A DNA stretch of 64,000 nt from Dehalococcoidia bacterium. Its GTDB lineage: Bacteria > Chloroflexota > Dehalococcoidia > Lucifugimonadales > VXLM01. Location of the stretch: assembly GCA_963662435.1 (NCBI GenBank), contig OY759598.1, positions 2,946,507-3,010,506 of the forward strand, in the 5' to 3' direction. Position 1 is the first letter of the stretch. Each line of letters begins with the position of its first letter. Made by a program: the position numbers and the translations under genes. The notes below the pieces were generated by a model. The model did no database searches, had not been told where the DNA came from, and saw only the letters and a program-made list of their open reading frames with translations. Below are positions 46,407 through 56,275 of the stretch, in pieces.

Positions 46407-48161
46407 CTAATATCCCCTGGCTTCGTCCGGGCCGATGGGCTGCACCCCGGCACGGAGGAGGCCGGTGTCCGGGTCGATCAATACTCCTCGCGGACGGGCA
46501 AAGCCCCCTCCAGTGAATGGCTCCGGCACGACCTCGACATTGTGGCCCATTCCTGCAAGCGCCATGACCGTATCCGGGTCGATGCGGTGGTCGACGTGGG
46601 TCACGTGCTCCGCAGCATCAACGCTCGGCGCCGTGATTGCGTCCTGCATGCCCATCCCGAAGTCGACCACGTTGGAGATTATTTGAGGGATACGGCACAT
46701 GATTTTGCGACCGCCGGGGGCTCCGAGTGACATGAAGGGCAGGCCGTCTCTGAGCATCAGCACGGGCGCCATGTTGTTCAAAGCGCGTTTGAACCCGGCG
46801 ATCGAATTTGCCGTTCCGGGCTTGGGGTTGAAGACCAGCATCCCGTTGGTGAGTAGCACACCGGTGCCCGGCACGACCACGCCGGACCCGAACTGCCCCA
46901 CTGCTGTCTGCGTGCAGGAGACCATGTTCCTGTCTTGGTCGATGATGCTGAAGTGGGTGGTGCAGTCGCCCTCGCTCGGAGGCGACGCGGAAGGCGCTCC
47001 CGCTGGCCGCTCCTGAGGATCGAAGCGCCAGGGGTCGTGCAGGGGCCTGTCGGCGAAGGCGATCCATGGCGGGATGCCATGCTCGTCTTCAAGCCCGGCA
47101 ACGTCGCGATCAATTGTGCGAGCAATCTCCCGGGCATAGTCCCTCGACAGCATTCCGTCCAATGGCGCCGGGACGAATTCCGGATCGCCGACGAAGCTGT
47201 AGCGGTCGGCGAAGGCGTGTCGTGCCGCCTCGATGAACAGGTGCAGGTGCTCCGGCGAGCCCTGCGCGAGACTGCCCACATCGAAACTCTCAAGGATGTT
47301 GAGAGTCTGCATGGAGGTGATCGTACCGGCCGGTACGGGGGAGCCGATCAGCTCGTAGCCCCTGTAGGAGGTCCTGACGGGATCGTACACCTTCGCCTCG
47401 AAATCGGCGAGGTCCTGCGCGCTCAGCACTCCCCCGTTATTCCTGCTCTCCTCGTCGATGGCGGCGGCGACCTCGCCACGGTAAAGGGCGTCCTTGCCTT
47501 CCCTGCCGATCCGTTCCAGGGTGTCGGCCAGGTCGCCCTGGACGATCTTCGCGCCAGGGGGCGGAGGGTAGCCGTTTCGCAGGAATATGCGCCCAGCCTC
47601 TCCGTAACGGACCAGCATCGGCATGTTTCTTGCGATCGTCAGGCAGATGGTCGGATCAGCCTTGAACCCTTGTCTGGCGTAGTGGACTGCGGGCTCCAAT
47701 AGCCGCTCAAGGGGAAGGGAGCCGAACATCTCGTGGGCGCGGCACATTCCGGCCGTAACCCCCGGCACGCCTACTGCCAGGTGCCCTGCGGCATTGGCGC
47801 GGTCCTCAACTTCGTATACGCCGGTGCCGCCCATCGTCCGGCCGATGATGCGGTACATGTCGGGGGTCGCGGCCCTTGGCGCGCGGTGACCATAGTCGAT
47901 GGCAACGCTGCGCCTCTCTGCCGCCAGGTGAACGATCATCTGACCGTGGCCCGCTATGGAGGAGTTCCACGGCTCGACCACGTTCAGGCAGAAGCCGGTG
48001 GCTATCGCCGCGTCCACGGCATTTCCACCGCCCTTGAGAACGTCTACGCCGACCTGCGCCGCGATCGGGTGCGCGGTGGCAACCCCGCCGTGCTCGACGA
48101 CAACCTCGTCCTTGTCAGGCCGCCACACGCTGCGCGTGTTCAGGGATCTCGCAGGCTTCAT
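46407..48161 (-). CDS. ggt: Gamma-glutamyltransferase family protein
   Basis: GGNAVDAAIA, VGVPG, AFADR, TTHFSIID (Thr nucleophile), GAPGG. Confidence 0.95.
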   Translation of the reverse strand: MKPARSLNTRSVWRPDKDEVVVEHGGVATAHPIAAQVGVDVLKGGGNAVDAAIATGFCLNVVEPWNSSIAGHGQMIVHLAAERRSVAIDYGHRAPRAATPDMYRIIGRTMGGTGVYEVEDRANAAGHLAVGVPGVTAGMCRAHEMFGSLPLERLLEPAVHYARQGFKADPTICLTIARNMPMLVRYGEAGRIFLRNGYPPPPGAKIVQGDLADTLERIGREGKDALYRGEVAAAIDEESRNNGGVLSAQDLADFEAKVYDPVRTSYRGYELIGSPVPAGTITSMQTLNILESFDVGSLAQGSPEHLHLFIEAARHAFADRYSFVGDPEFVPAPLDGMLSRDYAREIARTIDRDVAGLEDEHGIPPWIAFADRPLHDPWRFDPQERPAGAPSASPPSEGDCTTHFSIIDQDRNMVSCTQTAVGQFGSGVVVPGTGVLLTNGMLVFNPKPGTANSIAGFKRALNNMAPVLMLRDGLPFMSLGAPGGRKIMCRIPQIISNVVDFGMGMQDAITAPSVDAAEHVTHVDHRIDPDTVMALAGMGHNVEVVPEPFTGGGFARPRGVLIDPDTGLLRAGVQPIGPDEARGY

Positions 48162-48338
48162 GGTATGGAAGCTCCTTGAAGGGCTCTCGTTTTCGGCGTC
48201 ACAACCGCTTCCACATGGCCCAGCCCCTCAGCGACGCCACGTGCAGCACCCACGGCCATCGGAAAGCCTGACAATGCGGTATGCCCTCTCTCACATAGTT
48301 GACAGGTCAGCTTTGCTGCCCACGGAACCTCGCCGCTA

Positions 48339-48977
48339 TTAGCTGAGCCTGAACGGTGGATACCTGTCCGTGCTCAGTATGGCGACGTAGGCCACGACCC
48401 TGTAGGTCCACCGCGATATGCCAACGATGAAGTCGAACATCCCTTTTGGATACCTCCCGACTATCAGTATCGCGAACCAGGCGATAATCAAGATGATGAA
48501 CCCGATCGTCCAGAGAACCGACAGGACGATGTAGTGAGGGATGGCCAACAGCCACTTGACCAGGGGCATGAACCTGTTAAGGCTCTGTCCGGCATCGGGA
48601 TAGGGAATGTCGAGGTGGACCGACTGCTCTTCGTCCGTGGACGGGTACTCGTCTCGCAGCAGCATGGTGTATGCGCCCACCCTTGCGCCGAATCTCTGCA
48701 GCTCCAGGTTCCAGTCAAACCACCAACGCGGGTACTTTCGCCTGAACAAGAGCATCAAGAGCGTGGCCAGCCACACAATGCCGCCCGCGAATAGAGGAGC
48801 GACTACCTGATCGATTGTCAGGTTTCCACTTGAAGAATACCCGCCCACGAGACCAATCAGAATGAGTATGGGAATGGCGAGGATGATCCTGACAAGTGCC
48901 GTCAGCCTGTTTCGAGGACCTTCGGGATAGTCGACGCTATACTGCACCGGGTACGCATTGTCTTCTTGGTTTTCCAT
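48339..48977 (-). CDS. DUF4389 domain membrane protein
   Basis: R.ILAIP, YPRWWFD, DEYP, KWLLAIPHY, TDRYPPF. Confidence 0.9.
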   Translation of the reverse strand: MENQEDNAYPVQYSVDYPEGPRNRLTALVRIILAIPILILIGLVGGYSSSGNLTIDQVVAPLFAGGIVWLATLLMLLFRRKYPRWWFDWNLELQRFGARVGAYTMLLRDEYPSTDEEQSVHLDIPYPDAGQSLNRFMPLVKWLLAIPHYIVLSVLWTIGFIILIIAWFAILIVGRYPKGMFDFIVGISRWTYRVVAYVAILSTDRYPPFRLS

Positions 48978-49325
48978 CTCGCTCCTCCTGAGTTTTAGCT
49001 TGACGGTCGCGGGAAGTGACCTTTAGACCCCGGCTGGCAGTTGTCCCACACGGCAGGTGTTACTCGTTGGCTATGACGCCTCCATTCGCGCCGGCTCTTG
49101 AGATGCAACGCTTGGGACACGGCTCGCCCACAGTCCTGTCTCTCACCAACCTAGACGAGTCAAGCATTGCCCTGCTTTTATCACGTCACGTATGGAAAAG
49201 CCACACGCACACGTCGATTCCATACCGCAGCGGGGAAGGTACGCAACCGCCCAACACCCGTCGTTGAGTGCAACAACCCGCGATTCGCCGTTCAGCTAAC
49301 GCGATGCCACGTCATCGCCTTGTGC

Positions 49326-49703
49326 TCAGTCGGTGACATACGTGTGGGTGATGACCTCCCACACGTGCCCGTCCTCACATTCGAAGTAGAACCCTCGTCC
49401 CATGTGCCTGTGATTGATCTTGCCGTCCGTCCGTGAGCCGGGCCCGCTCCCGAAGGGGATGCCCTCATCCTTGACTCGCTGTAGCACCTCATCAAACTCC
49501 TCGTCGGAAGCCAGAAAGGCGTAGTGGTTGGAGCGCGGGTCGTCCGAGTCGTCAAAGTCGAGCGTCAGCGTGTCATTCACCTTCACCGGGGCAAAATGCC
49601 CCCAGGTACCCTTGTACTCCAGCCCGAATAGGCGAGCAATGAACTTTGCGGACTTCACCTTGTCGTAGGCAGGCACGATTGTGTGGTCTAGCTGCAAAGG
49701 CAT
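49326..49703 (-). CDS. VOC/glyoxalase family protein
   Basis: LDHTIVPA.DK..SA.F, HYAF, GRGFYF..EDGH.WEVIT. Confidence 0.9.
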   Translation of the reverse strand: MPLQLDHTIVPAYDKVKSAKFIARLFGLEYKGTWGHFAPVKVNDTLTLDFDDSDDPRSNHYAFLASDEEFDEVLQRVKDEGIPFGSGPGSRTDGKINHRHMGRGFYFECEDGHVWEVITHTYVTD

Positions 49704-49825
49704 GGCGAATCTCCTCCAGGGACACTCTACACCCAACGGCAGAGCCTATCCAGTGCGTTGATCTTATGGTGATGTGACGCACCGATGGTCTACGATGGTG
49801 ACAAGCCAACAAGGGAGATTCTTCC

Positions 49826-50674
49826 ATGACCACTCCAGACCAACATGAGCCGGAAGCCGGGGCTGGGCAAACGGTGCTGATTACAGGCGCCTCATCCGGC
49901 ATAGGCAAGGAGACCGCGAAGAGACTCGTGCAGGAGGGTTACATCGTCTATGCCGCTGCGCGCAGGGTCGAGCTGATGCGAGACCTTGAAGAAATGGGCG
50001 CCGTTGCGCTGAAGATGGACGTGACGAGCGAGGAGGATGTCGTTGCAGGAGTGGACCGAATCAATGCGGAACGGGGCGGCACGGACATCCTCATCAATAA
50101 CGCCGGATTCGGTCTGTACGGTGCCATGGAGGACATAACGCTCGACGAGGTGAGGTACCAGTTCGAGGTCAACCTGTTCGGACTGGCCCGGCTGACCCAA
50201 CTCGTCCTACCTCATATGCGAGAGCAGGGCGCTGGGAAGATCGTAAACGTCTCCTCCGTCGGCGGTAAGATCTATACGCCGCTGGGATCTTGGTACCACG
50301 CTACAAAGCACGCGCTCGAAGGATGGTCGGACTGTTTGAGGTTCGAGTTGAATCACTTTGGCATCGACGTCATCATTGTCCAGCCAGGGTTCATCCACAC
50401 GGACTTCGGCGATGTCGCTTTGGGGCCGATGCTCGAGCGTTCGGGCGAGTCCGCCTACGCCGGCATCGTCAAGAGGCTGATGGAAAGGATGGGGAGCTTC
50501 GAGTCAGGCGGGTCACCGCCCTCCGTCATCGCCGACACCATCGTCAAGGCGATCCGCGCCAAACGGCCCAAGACGCGATATGCCTCCGGTCAGTTCGCCA
50601 AGCCGCTCCTCTTCCTGCGCAAACGCATCAGCGACCGAATGTTTGACCGGCTCGTTGCCCGCATGGTCGCGTAA
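49826..50674 (+). CDS. Short-chain dehydrogenase/reductase
   Basis: TGASSGIG, NNAG, YHATK. Confidence 0.95.
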   Translation: MTTPDQHEPEAGAGQTVLITGASSGIGKETAKRLVQEGYIVYAAARRVELMRDLEEMGAVALKMDVTSEEDVVAGVDRINAERGGTDILINNAGFGLYGAMEDITLDEVRYQFEVNLFGLARLTQLVLPHMREQGAGKIVNVSSVGGKIYTPLGSWYHATKHALEGWSDCLRFELNHFGIDVIIVQPGFIHTDFGDVALGPMLERSGESAYAGIVKRLMERMGSFESGGSPPSVIADTIVKAIRAKRPKTRYASGQFAKPLLFLRKRISDRMFDRLVARMVA

Positions 50675-51027
50675 GCGCGGACCTTGCGAGCCATGCGCGG
50701 TCATCAAGATATGCAACCCATTCTGGTCAGAGATTGATGTGGAGTCCAAGCTAATCGAGATATCGGGGATCGATGGGAACGTTCCCGTCCCAAATGTCGT
50801 CACGGTCCCCAGACAAGCCAAGCACTTCCCTCGTCTGGCGCTCCACTTAACAATCAAGCTCATAAGTGGTTGAATTGGCAAGACCCGCGTGGGGTTGGAC
50901 GTATGAGTGGGACTAGGCAGAAACCGCAGGCCCATGCAAACGATTTGCAAACATGCTCCTTGCGCTTCCCAGGATGCCATGCGCCCCCACGACATACGGT
51001 CGACAAAAAGAAAGTATGGGGGCAACC

Positions 51028-52083
51028 ATGACCAGCAATGACCTGTCCGGGAGGGTGCAGACCGTACTCGGGCCGCTCGATCCCGGTCAACTTGGCAAGA
51101 CGTTTACCCACGAGCACATCCTATTCGACGGCTCCTGGCCAAAGACGTGGTTCCCAAGCGTGAGCGACCAGGCATTCTACGAGAAGCCGGTCTCACAGGA
51201 GATTCTCGGCAGAATACGGCACCGGTTGAAGCCGAACCGGGACAATGGGCGGCTTGAGGACGTACAGACGGCCATCGAAGAGGTTGGGCTGTTCAAGCAG
51301 TATGGAGGGGGCACGCTTGTCGAGGCGTCGAGCATCGGAATAGGCCGCGACCCGATTGGACTTGCGAGGGTCTCCAACGCCACGGGCGTGAATATCGTGA
51401 TGGGCGCTTCATTCTACGTGAGTACGCATCACCCGCCGGGGATGGACGACCTGACTGAGGACGATATCGTCGACCTGATTGTAGGGGACATCACCGAAGG
51501 TGCCGACGGGACCGGCATAAGGTCTGGCATCATAGGGGAGGTTGGCTGCGACTGGCCCCTCACGGACAACGAACGAAAGGTGCTGAAGGCGTCGGCGCGC
51601 GCGCAGCGCATGACCGGCGCGCCGCTACTCATACATCCCGGCAGGGACGAGACCGCGCCACTTGAGATCATCGAGATCCTGGACCGGGCCGGGGCCGACC
51701 TGTCGCATACCATCATGGGCCACCTCGACAGGACGGTCTTCGAACGCGGTACGCTCAAACGGATCGCTGAGGCGGGCTGCTACATGGAGTGGGACCTGTT
51801 CGGCTGGGGCGGGTCGTACTACGCCAAGAACCTGGACATCGACATGCCGAGCGACGACCAGCGCCTTGAGCGCATCGCCTGGATTTCGTCCGAAGGCTAC
51901 GGCCGCAAAGTCGTCATCGCGCAGGACATATGCACGAAGCACCGTCTCGAGAAGTACGGCGGACACGGCTACTCGTACATACTGGACCACATAGCTCCCA
52001 GGATGCTGTACAGGGGCTTCACTACCGAGGCCGTCCACGACATCCTGGTCTCCAACCCTGCCGAAGTGCTCACCTTCCGGTAA
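51028..52083 (+). CDS. Phosphotriesterase-related (PTE/PHP) metallohydrolase
   Basis: VQTVLG, THEH, GIGRDP, GIIGEVG, IHPG, GHLDR, QDIC. Confidence 0.93.
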   Translation: MTSNDLSGRVQTVLGPLDPGQLGKTFTHEHILFDGSWPKTWFPSVSDQAFYEKPVSQEILGRIRHRLKPNRDNGRLEDVQTAIEEVGLFKQYGGGTLVEASSIGIGRDPIGLARVSNATGVNIVMGASFYVSTHHPPGMDDLTEDDIVDLIVGDITEGADGTGIRSGIIGEVGCDWPLTDNERKVLKASARAQRMTGAPLLIHPGRDETAPLEIIEILDRAGADLSHTIMGHLDRTVFERGTLKRIAEAGCYMEWDLFGWGGSYYAKNLDIDMPSDDQRLERIAWISSEGYGRKVVIAQDICTKHRLEKYGGHGYSYILDHIAPRMLYRGFTTEAVHDILVSNPAEVLTFR

Positions 52084-52217
52084 AGCCCTGCACAGCGCTT
52101 TCACTCCCTGACACTGCGTGCAAACCGGCCGTAGAGCCAATATATAGAGACCCCCTAAAGTTTAGCGGTTCAATCTTCTGCCAATTCGTTTTCTCCCCCC
52201 CATCCGTCACTGGCCAA

Positions 52218-52319
52218 CCGTCATTCCCGCGTAGGCGGGAATTCATCTTTGGTCGCTGCAATGAGGTATTCCAAACGTACGCTCTGAGAAAACACGTTCG
52301 CCCTGAGCTTGTCGAAGGG
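52218..52319. repeat. REP-like family A (52218-52244) and family B (52295-52319) copies
   Basis: CCGTCATTCCCGCGTAGGCGGGAATTC; CGTTCGCCCTGAGCTTGTCGAAGGG. Confidence 0.8.
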
Positions 52320-52342
52320 TAGTTCAGGGTTCTGCCAGCAGA

Positions 52343-52810
52343 CTACGCTGGATCCGGAGCGTCTCCGAAGAGATACTGAGCGCCAGCGCCTGCCTCGGCG
52401 GCCTGATCGCCGGGATTGAACAGGCCGCAGTTTTCGAGCGAGAGACAGCCGCAGCCGATGCATCCCGACAGCCTGTCCCGCAACGCCTCGAGTTCAGCGA
52501 TGCGGCCTTCCAGCGAACTGCGCCACGTCTTGGACAGCCTCTCCCAGTCTCTTCGGTCTGGTGTTCGAGCCTGTGGAAGCTCGTCCAACGCGGCCCTGAT
52601 CTCTTCCAGTGTAAGCCCCAGGACCTGAGCCGCTCGGATGACCGCTACACGCCTCAGGCTCTCCCGTGCATACCTGCGTTGTCGCCCCGACGTCCTCTCC
52701 GAAGTGATCAGTCCGCGCTCCTCGTAGTAGCGTAGGGCGGATGTCCGTACTCCGCTGCGTGACGCCAGTTGTCCGATTGTGAGCATGTTCGGCAGCGATG
52801 GCATCATCAC
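52343..52810 (-). CDS. soxR: Redox-sensitive transcriptional activator SoxR
   Basis: MerR HTH (LTIGQLA.RSGV..SALRYYE) plus [2Fe-2S] motif CIGCGCLSLENC. Confidence 0.95.
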   Translation of the reverse strand: MMMPSLPNMLTIGQLASRSGVRTSALRYYEERGLITSERTSGRQRRYARESLRRVAVIRAAQVLGLTLEEIRAALDELPQARTPDRRDWERLSKTWRSSLEGRIAELEALRDRLSGCIGCGCLSLENCGLFNPGDQAAEAGAGAQYLFGDAPDPA

Positions 52811-52823
52811 TCCTCGAAAGGGG

Positions 52824-52854
52824 TTGACTTAAAGTTTACTTGAAGTTGTAGAGT
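52824..52854 (+). promoter_or_regulatory. SoxR-type promoter: -35 TTGACT, 19-bp spacer containing a sox box, -10 TAGAGT
   Basis: CTTAAAGTTTACTTGAAG (52828-52845) matches CCTCAAGTTAACTTGAGG at 14/18; MerR-type 19-bp spacer. Confidence 0.85.
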
Positions 52855-52860
52855 CGTTCC

Positions 52861-53583
52861 ATGAGTTACGCTAATGAGTATCCAAACGCACTCCTGTCGG
52901 CTTCAGCACTGTCGTATGAAGACCTGCCCAGCATCACGGCTCTCCTGACCGGCGACGAGAAGCACGACCTCAGCTCCGAGACGACGCTGGACGTTCTGTG
53001 GGTCCTTTATGACAGGGTCCTTAGGGTAAGTCCGCAAGCTCTGGATGATCCGGAACGGGATCGGTTCCTCCTCTCGAAGGGTCACGGCCCAATGGCGTAC
53101 TATGCCGTCCTTGCGGCCAAGGGGTTCGTGCCAATGGACGCACTGCCCACGTTTGGGAGATTCGACTCTATTCTCGGCCTGCACCCCGACCGCGCGCTCA
53201 TTCCGGGAGTCGAGCTCTCCAGTGGATCGCTGGGACACGGCCTGCCGATAGCGGTAGGTGCCGCGGCCGCGTTGGATATGAAGGGGACTATTGGGCCGAG
53301 AGTATTCTGCCTTGTCGGAGACGCAGAGCTTGACGAGGGCAGCAACCACGAGGCGATTGCCCTCGCGGGCCGGCTGGGACTATCCAGGCTTACGGCCTGC
53401 GTCATCGACAACCGTTCTGCTACCCACGGCTGGCCGGGCGGTATCGAGGCGCGTTTCGGAATCGAGGGCTGGTCCGCCACAACCGTCGACGGTCGCGACC
53501 ACGATGCCATCGAGGACGCCTTCTCAATGGAGCACCCGGACCGCCCTCACGTCGTCGTGGCCGTTGTGGAGAGGACGGCATAG
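52861..53583 (+). CDS. Transketolase-like ThDP-binding N-terminal subunit
   Basis: RDRFLLSKGH, GSLGHGL, GDAELDEGSN.E, IDN. Confidence 0.92.
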   Translation: MSYANEYPNALLSASALSYEDLPSITALLTGDEKHDLSSETTLDVLWVLYDRVLRVSPQALDDPERDRFLLSKGHGPMAYYAVLAAKGFVPMDALPTFGRFDSILGLHPDRALIPGVELSSGSLGHGLPIAVGAAAALDMKGTIGPRVFCLVGDAELDEGSNHEAIALAGRLGLSRLTACVIDNRSATHGWPGGIEARFGIEGWSATTVDGRDHDAIEDAFSMEHPDRPHVVVAVVERTA

Positions 53584-53588
53584 CCAAC

Positions 53589-54494
53589 ATGCCCACCATG
53601 CGAGACCGCTTTATCAATGTCTCCGGAGAGCTGCTGAACGAACGGCCGGACATCGCCGTTGTGCTGGCCGACATCGGCTATTCATACTTCCAACATGCCG
53701 GTGTGATAGACCGTCACCCAACAAGAGTCCTGAACGTCGGGATCCGTGAGCAGTTACTGGTCGGATTCGCCGCGGGACTCGCTTTAGAGGGCTTGCGGCC
53801 CATAGTCCACACCTACGCACCGTTTCTCGTCGAGAGGCCGTACGAGCAGGTCAAGCTCGACTTCGGCCACCAGGGGCTGGGGGCAGTATTCGTCTCGGTC
53901 GGGGCGTCCTACGATGCTGCAGCAGCGGGGAGAACGCACCATGCGCCCGAGGATGTTGCCCTCATATCGACGTTGCCGGGATGGAACGTGCACGTACCCG
54001 GTCACCCTCACGAGGTGGAAGCGATTCTCCGCTCGGCAGCGGCCGGAACCGGACTCGACTACATCCGTCTCGGTAATGCGGTCAACCAAGACCCCATCGC
54101 CCATTCGAGGGGGTTTACCCCTATTCGGCGTGGGTCAGACCGGGCCGCAACGGTCATCGCCGTCGGTCCGAGCCTTTCTCCCGTTCTCAAAGCTACTGCC
54201 GACCTCGATGCCAATGTTCTCTACGCGTCAACCATAAGACCATTCGACGCAAAGACTTTGAGAGAGGTGCTGGACTCGCCCGCCGTCGTTCTTGTTGAGC
54301 CGTATCTGGCCGGGACCTCAGCAGCAGAAGTCTCGGCGGCCCTCCAAGATGTCCCCCACCGCCTGCTCGCGCTTGGTGTCGCCAATAGTGAGCGTCGAAG
54401 GTACGGAATTAGCTCTGAGCATGATCGGGCAAATGGACTGGATGTCGCCGGCATTCGTCGCAGCATCGCCGGGTTCCTTGACTTGACGGCATGA
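53589..54494 (+). CDS. Transketolase-like pyrimidine-binding/C-terminal subunit
   Basis: NVGIREQ, R.YEQ.K.D, THHAPED, YIRL, RPFD, GLD..GI. Confidence 0.92.
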   Translation: MPTMRDRFINVSGELLNERPDIAVVLADIGYSYFQHAGVIDRHPTRVLNVGIREQLLVGFAAGLALEGLRPIVHTYAPFLVERPYEQVKLDFGHQGLGAVFVSVGASYDAAAAGRTHHAPEDVALISTLPGWNVHVPGHPHEVEAILRSAAAGTGLDYIRLGNAVNQDPIAHSRGFTPIRRGSDRAATVIAVGPSLSPVLKATADLDANVLYASTIRPFDAKTLREVLDSPAVVLVEPYLAGTSAAEVSAALQDVPHRLLALGVANSERRRYGISSEHDRANGLDVAGIRRSIAGFLDLTA

Positions 54495-54557
54495 CCAACA
54501 ACCTGTGCAGTGCCTGGAGGCCTTCTGCTCACATGGCCCGAATGCGCTTACGGCCTA

Positions 54558-54923
54558 CTAGACGGGGACGGCGACAGGTCGGGCGATGCGGTTCACCGCA
54601 TCGGAGAAGGTGCTCCATTCGGCGAGCATGGCGTCAAGGCGGTCCATGCCGCGCGCGCTGACGCCGTAGTACCGGCGACTCTGGCCCGCATCGGATAGCT
54701 CCCAGCGTCCCTCGATCAGACCGTCGCGCTCCAGCCTGTGGAGGGCAGGGTACAACGTCCCCTCTTTCAGGTGGAAGTAGCCGCCGCTCCTTTGCTCCAT
54801 CTCCTTGGCGAGCTGATACCCGTACATCTCCTGCTCCGCAAGGAGGGAGAGTATGAGGGTCTCAGTGCTCCCCTTCAGCAACTCGCGCCGGTATACGTCC
54901 AGTCCGTGAATGGCAGTCGTCAT
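54558..54923 (-). CDS. PadR family transcriptional regulator
   Basis: KGS...ILSLL, MYGYQL, EGTLYPALHRLE..GLI, RRYY. Confidence 0.95.
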   Translation of the reverse strand: MTTAIHGLDVYRRELLKGSTETLILSLLAEQEMYGYQLAKEMEQRSGGYFHLKEGTLYPALHRLERDGLIEGRWELSDAGQSRRYYGVSARGMDRLDAMLAEWSTFSDAVNRIARPVAVPV

Positions 54924-55042
54924 GGCGAGACCCTCCCGATAGGTGCGCAAATAATAGGAAGCTACATGGCTCTACTATGTACTACGCACGGCGAGGAATT
55001 TCGGTTTTCGACAATCCACGCGTCGAGGAAAATCGCAGGCGC

Positions 55043-56110
55043 TTAGGGGCGCCGCCAGTCGATGCCCAAGAGCGTCCACCTGATGCCGAACTTCCCGCCC
55101 TCCTGGGACCAGTGAGTCGCGAGGTACGTGCCGTCCTGCAGCCGGATCGCCGTCGGGAAGCCGAACTGGAACGCCGAGAAGGTATCCACGCCGGAATCGA
55201 TGTCCGTCGGTCGATCGGCGGTCGTGTTCGGATCGTACATCATCCCTTCGTAGTGAATGGTCCAGTCGTCGTCGGTGAACGTCACGAGATTCATCACGAT
55301 GCCCTGCTGTCCGTACCGGCGGTTGTACATCACCAAGAGCCTGTCCCCGCCCAGCGGCACCGGCGTCATCGTCTGCCCCATGACTCCCGTTGGCTTCGGC
55401 CTGCTCCACGTTTGGCCGTCATCCCGTGAGATGGTGAAGTGATCGTCAATGTCTTTCACGCCGTCCATGACGACTGTCCAGCACGTGGAGACCAGCAGGC
55501 CCGGCTCGACCTCCGCCAGCTTCTGCTCGAAGTAGCCGTGAACGCCGTCGGGGTCCTCGAATACCGTCGTGTGACTCGGCCACGTCTTACCGCCGTCGTC
55601 CGAAACGGCCGCGATCACGAGTCTGCCGAGTTTGTCCTGCGACTCCAGCGTTGCCCCCGGCGCAAGCAGTCGTCCGGACTGCAGCGCAAGCGCCCCGTGC
55701 GATATCTCCAGCGGGGTGTAGCCCATCATCGGGACGACCGCCGGCTCCGACCAAGTACGTCCTCCGTCAGTCGACGTGCAGAAAATCGGCTCATTGTGGC
55801 CCTCGCCGAACCGGCCGCCCTCTTCCCGGTAGCTCCGCGAGCCGTACGCGTAGACCGTCTTGCCGTCCGCGGAAATGCTGAGCTTCAGGGCGCAGGTCGC
55901 ATTGCCGACTCTGGGGACAAGCGTGCCTTCGACGTTCCATGTCCTTCCGCCGTCCGTGGAGCGTGCCCAGTCTGTGCCCCCCGTCACGTGAGCTCCGCCC
56001 CCGACGTTGAAGGAACAGAGTATGTCGCCGTTTGGAAGCTGCGCCGCCTGTGGGAAGGCCGACTCCCGCTCGTCGATTCGTCCGCTGTCTATGACTTCAA
56101 TGCTGGGCAT
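55043..56110 (-). CDS. Sialidase-like BNR/Asp-box beta-propeller protein
   Basis: Four Asp-boxes S.D.G.TW; AFP; GFP. Confidence 0.85.
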   Translation of the reverse strand: MPSIEVIDSGRIDERESAFPQAAQLPNGDILCSFNVGGGAHVTGGTDWARSTDGGRTWNVEGTLVPRVGNATCALKLSISADGKTVYAYGSRSYREEGGRFGEGHNEPIFCTSTDGGRTWSEPAVVPMMGYTPLEISHGALALQSGRLLAPGATLESQDKLGRLVIAAVSDDGGKTWPSHTTVFEDPDGVHGYFEQKLAEVEPGLLVSTCWTVVMDGVKDIDDHFTISRDDGQTWSRPKPTGVMGQTMTPVPLGGDRLLVMYNRRYGQQGIVMNLVTFTDDDWTIHYEGMMYDPNTTADRPTDIDSGVDTFSAFQFGFPTAIRLQDGTYLATHWSQEGGKFGIRWTLLGIDWRRP

Positions 56111-56275
56111 GGGACCGCTCCGTTCTCGTCGTTCTTGAATATTTCGGTAGGGATCATTCGTCCAATAAATGGTGTCGGCGCATGATAGCAGAACCGATCA
56201 TATTCCTGTGCGTGCAGTGACATCCGCAAACTCAGGTTCAGGGTTCTTGGTATCATCAATTCTCTCGTCGATTAC

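Noticed and set aside
50700..50870. Possible decayed small gene on the minus strand (YELDC*VERQTREVLGL...)
   Set aside because: Several stop codons and no family I can identify; cannot be supported without a search.
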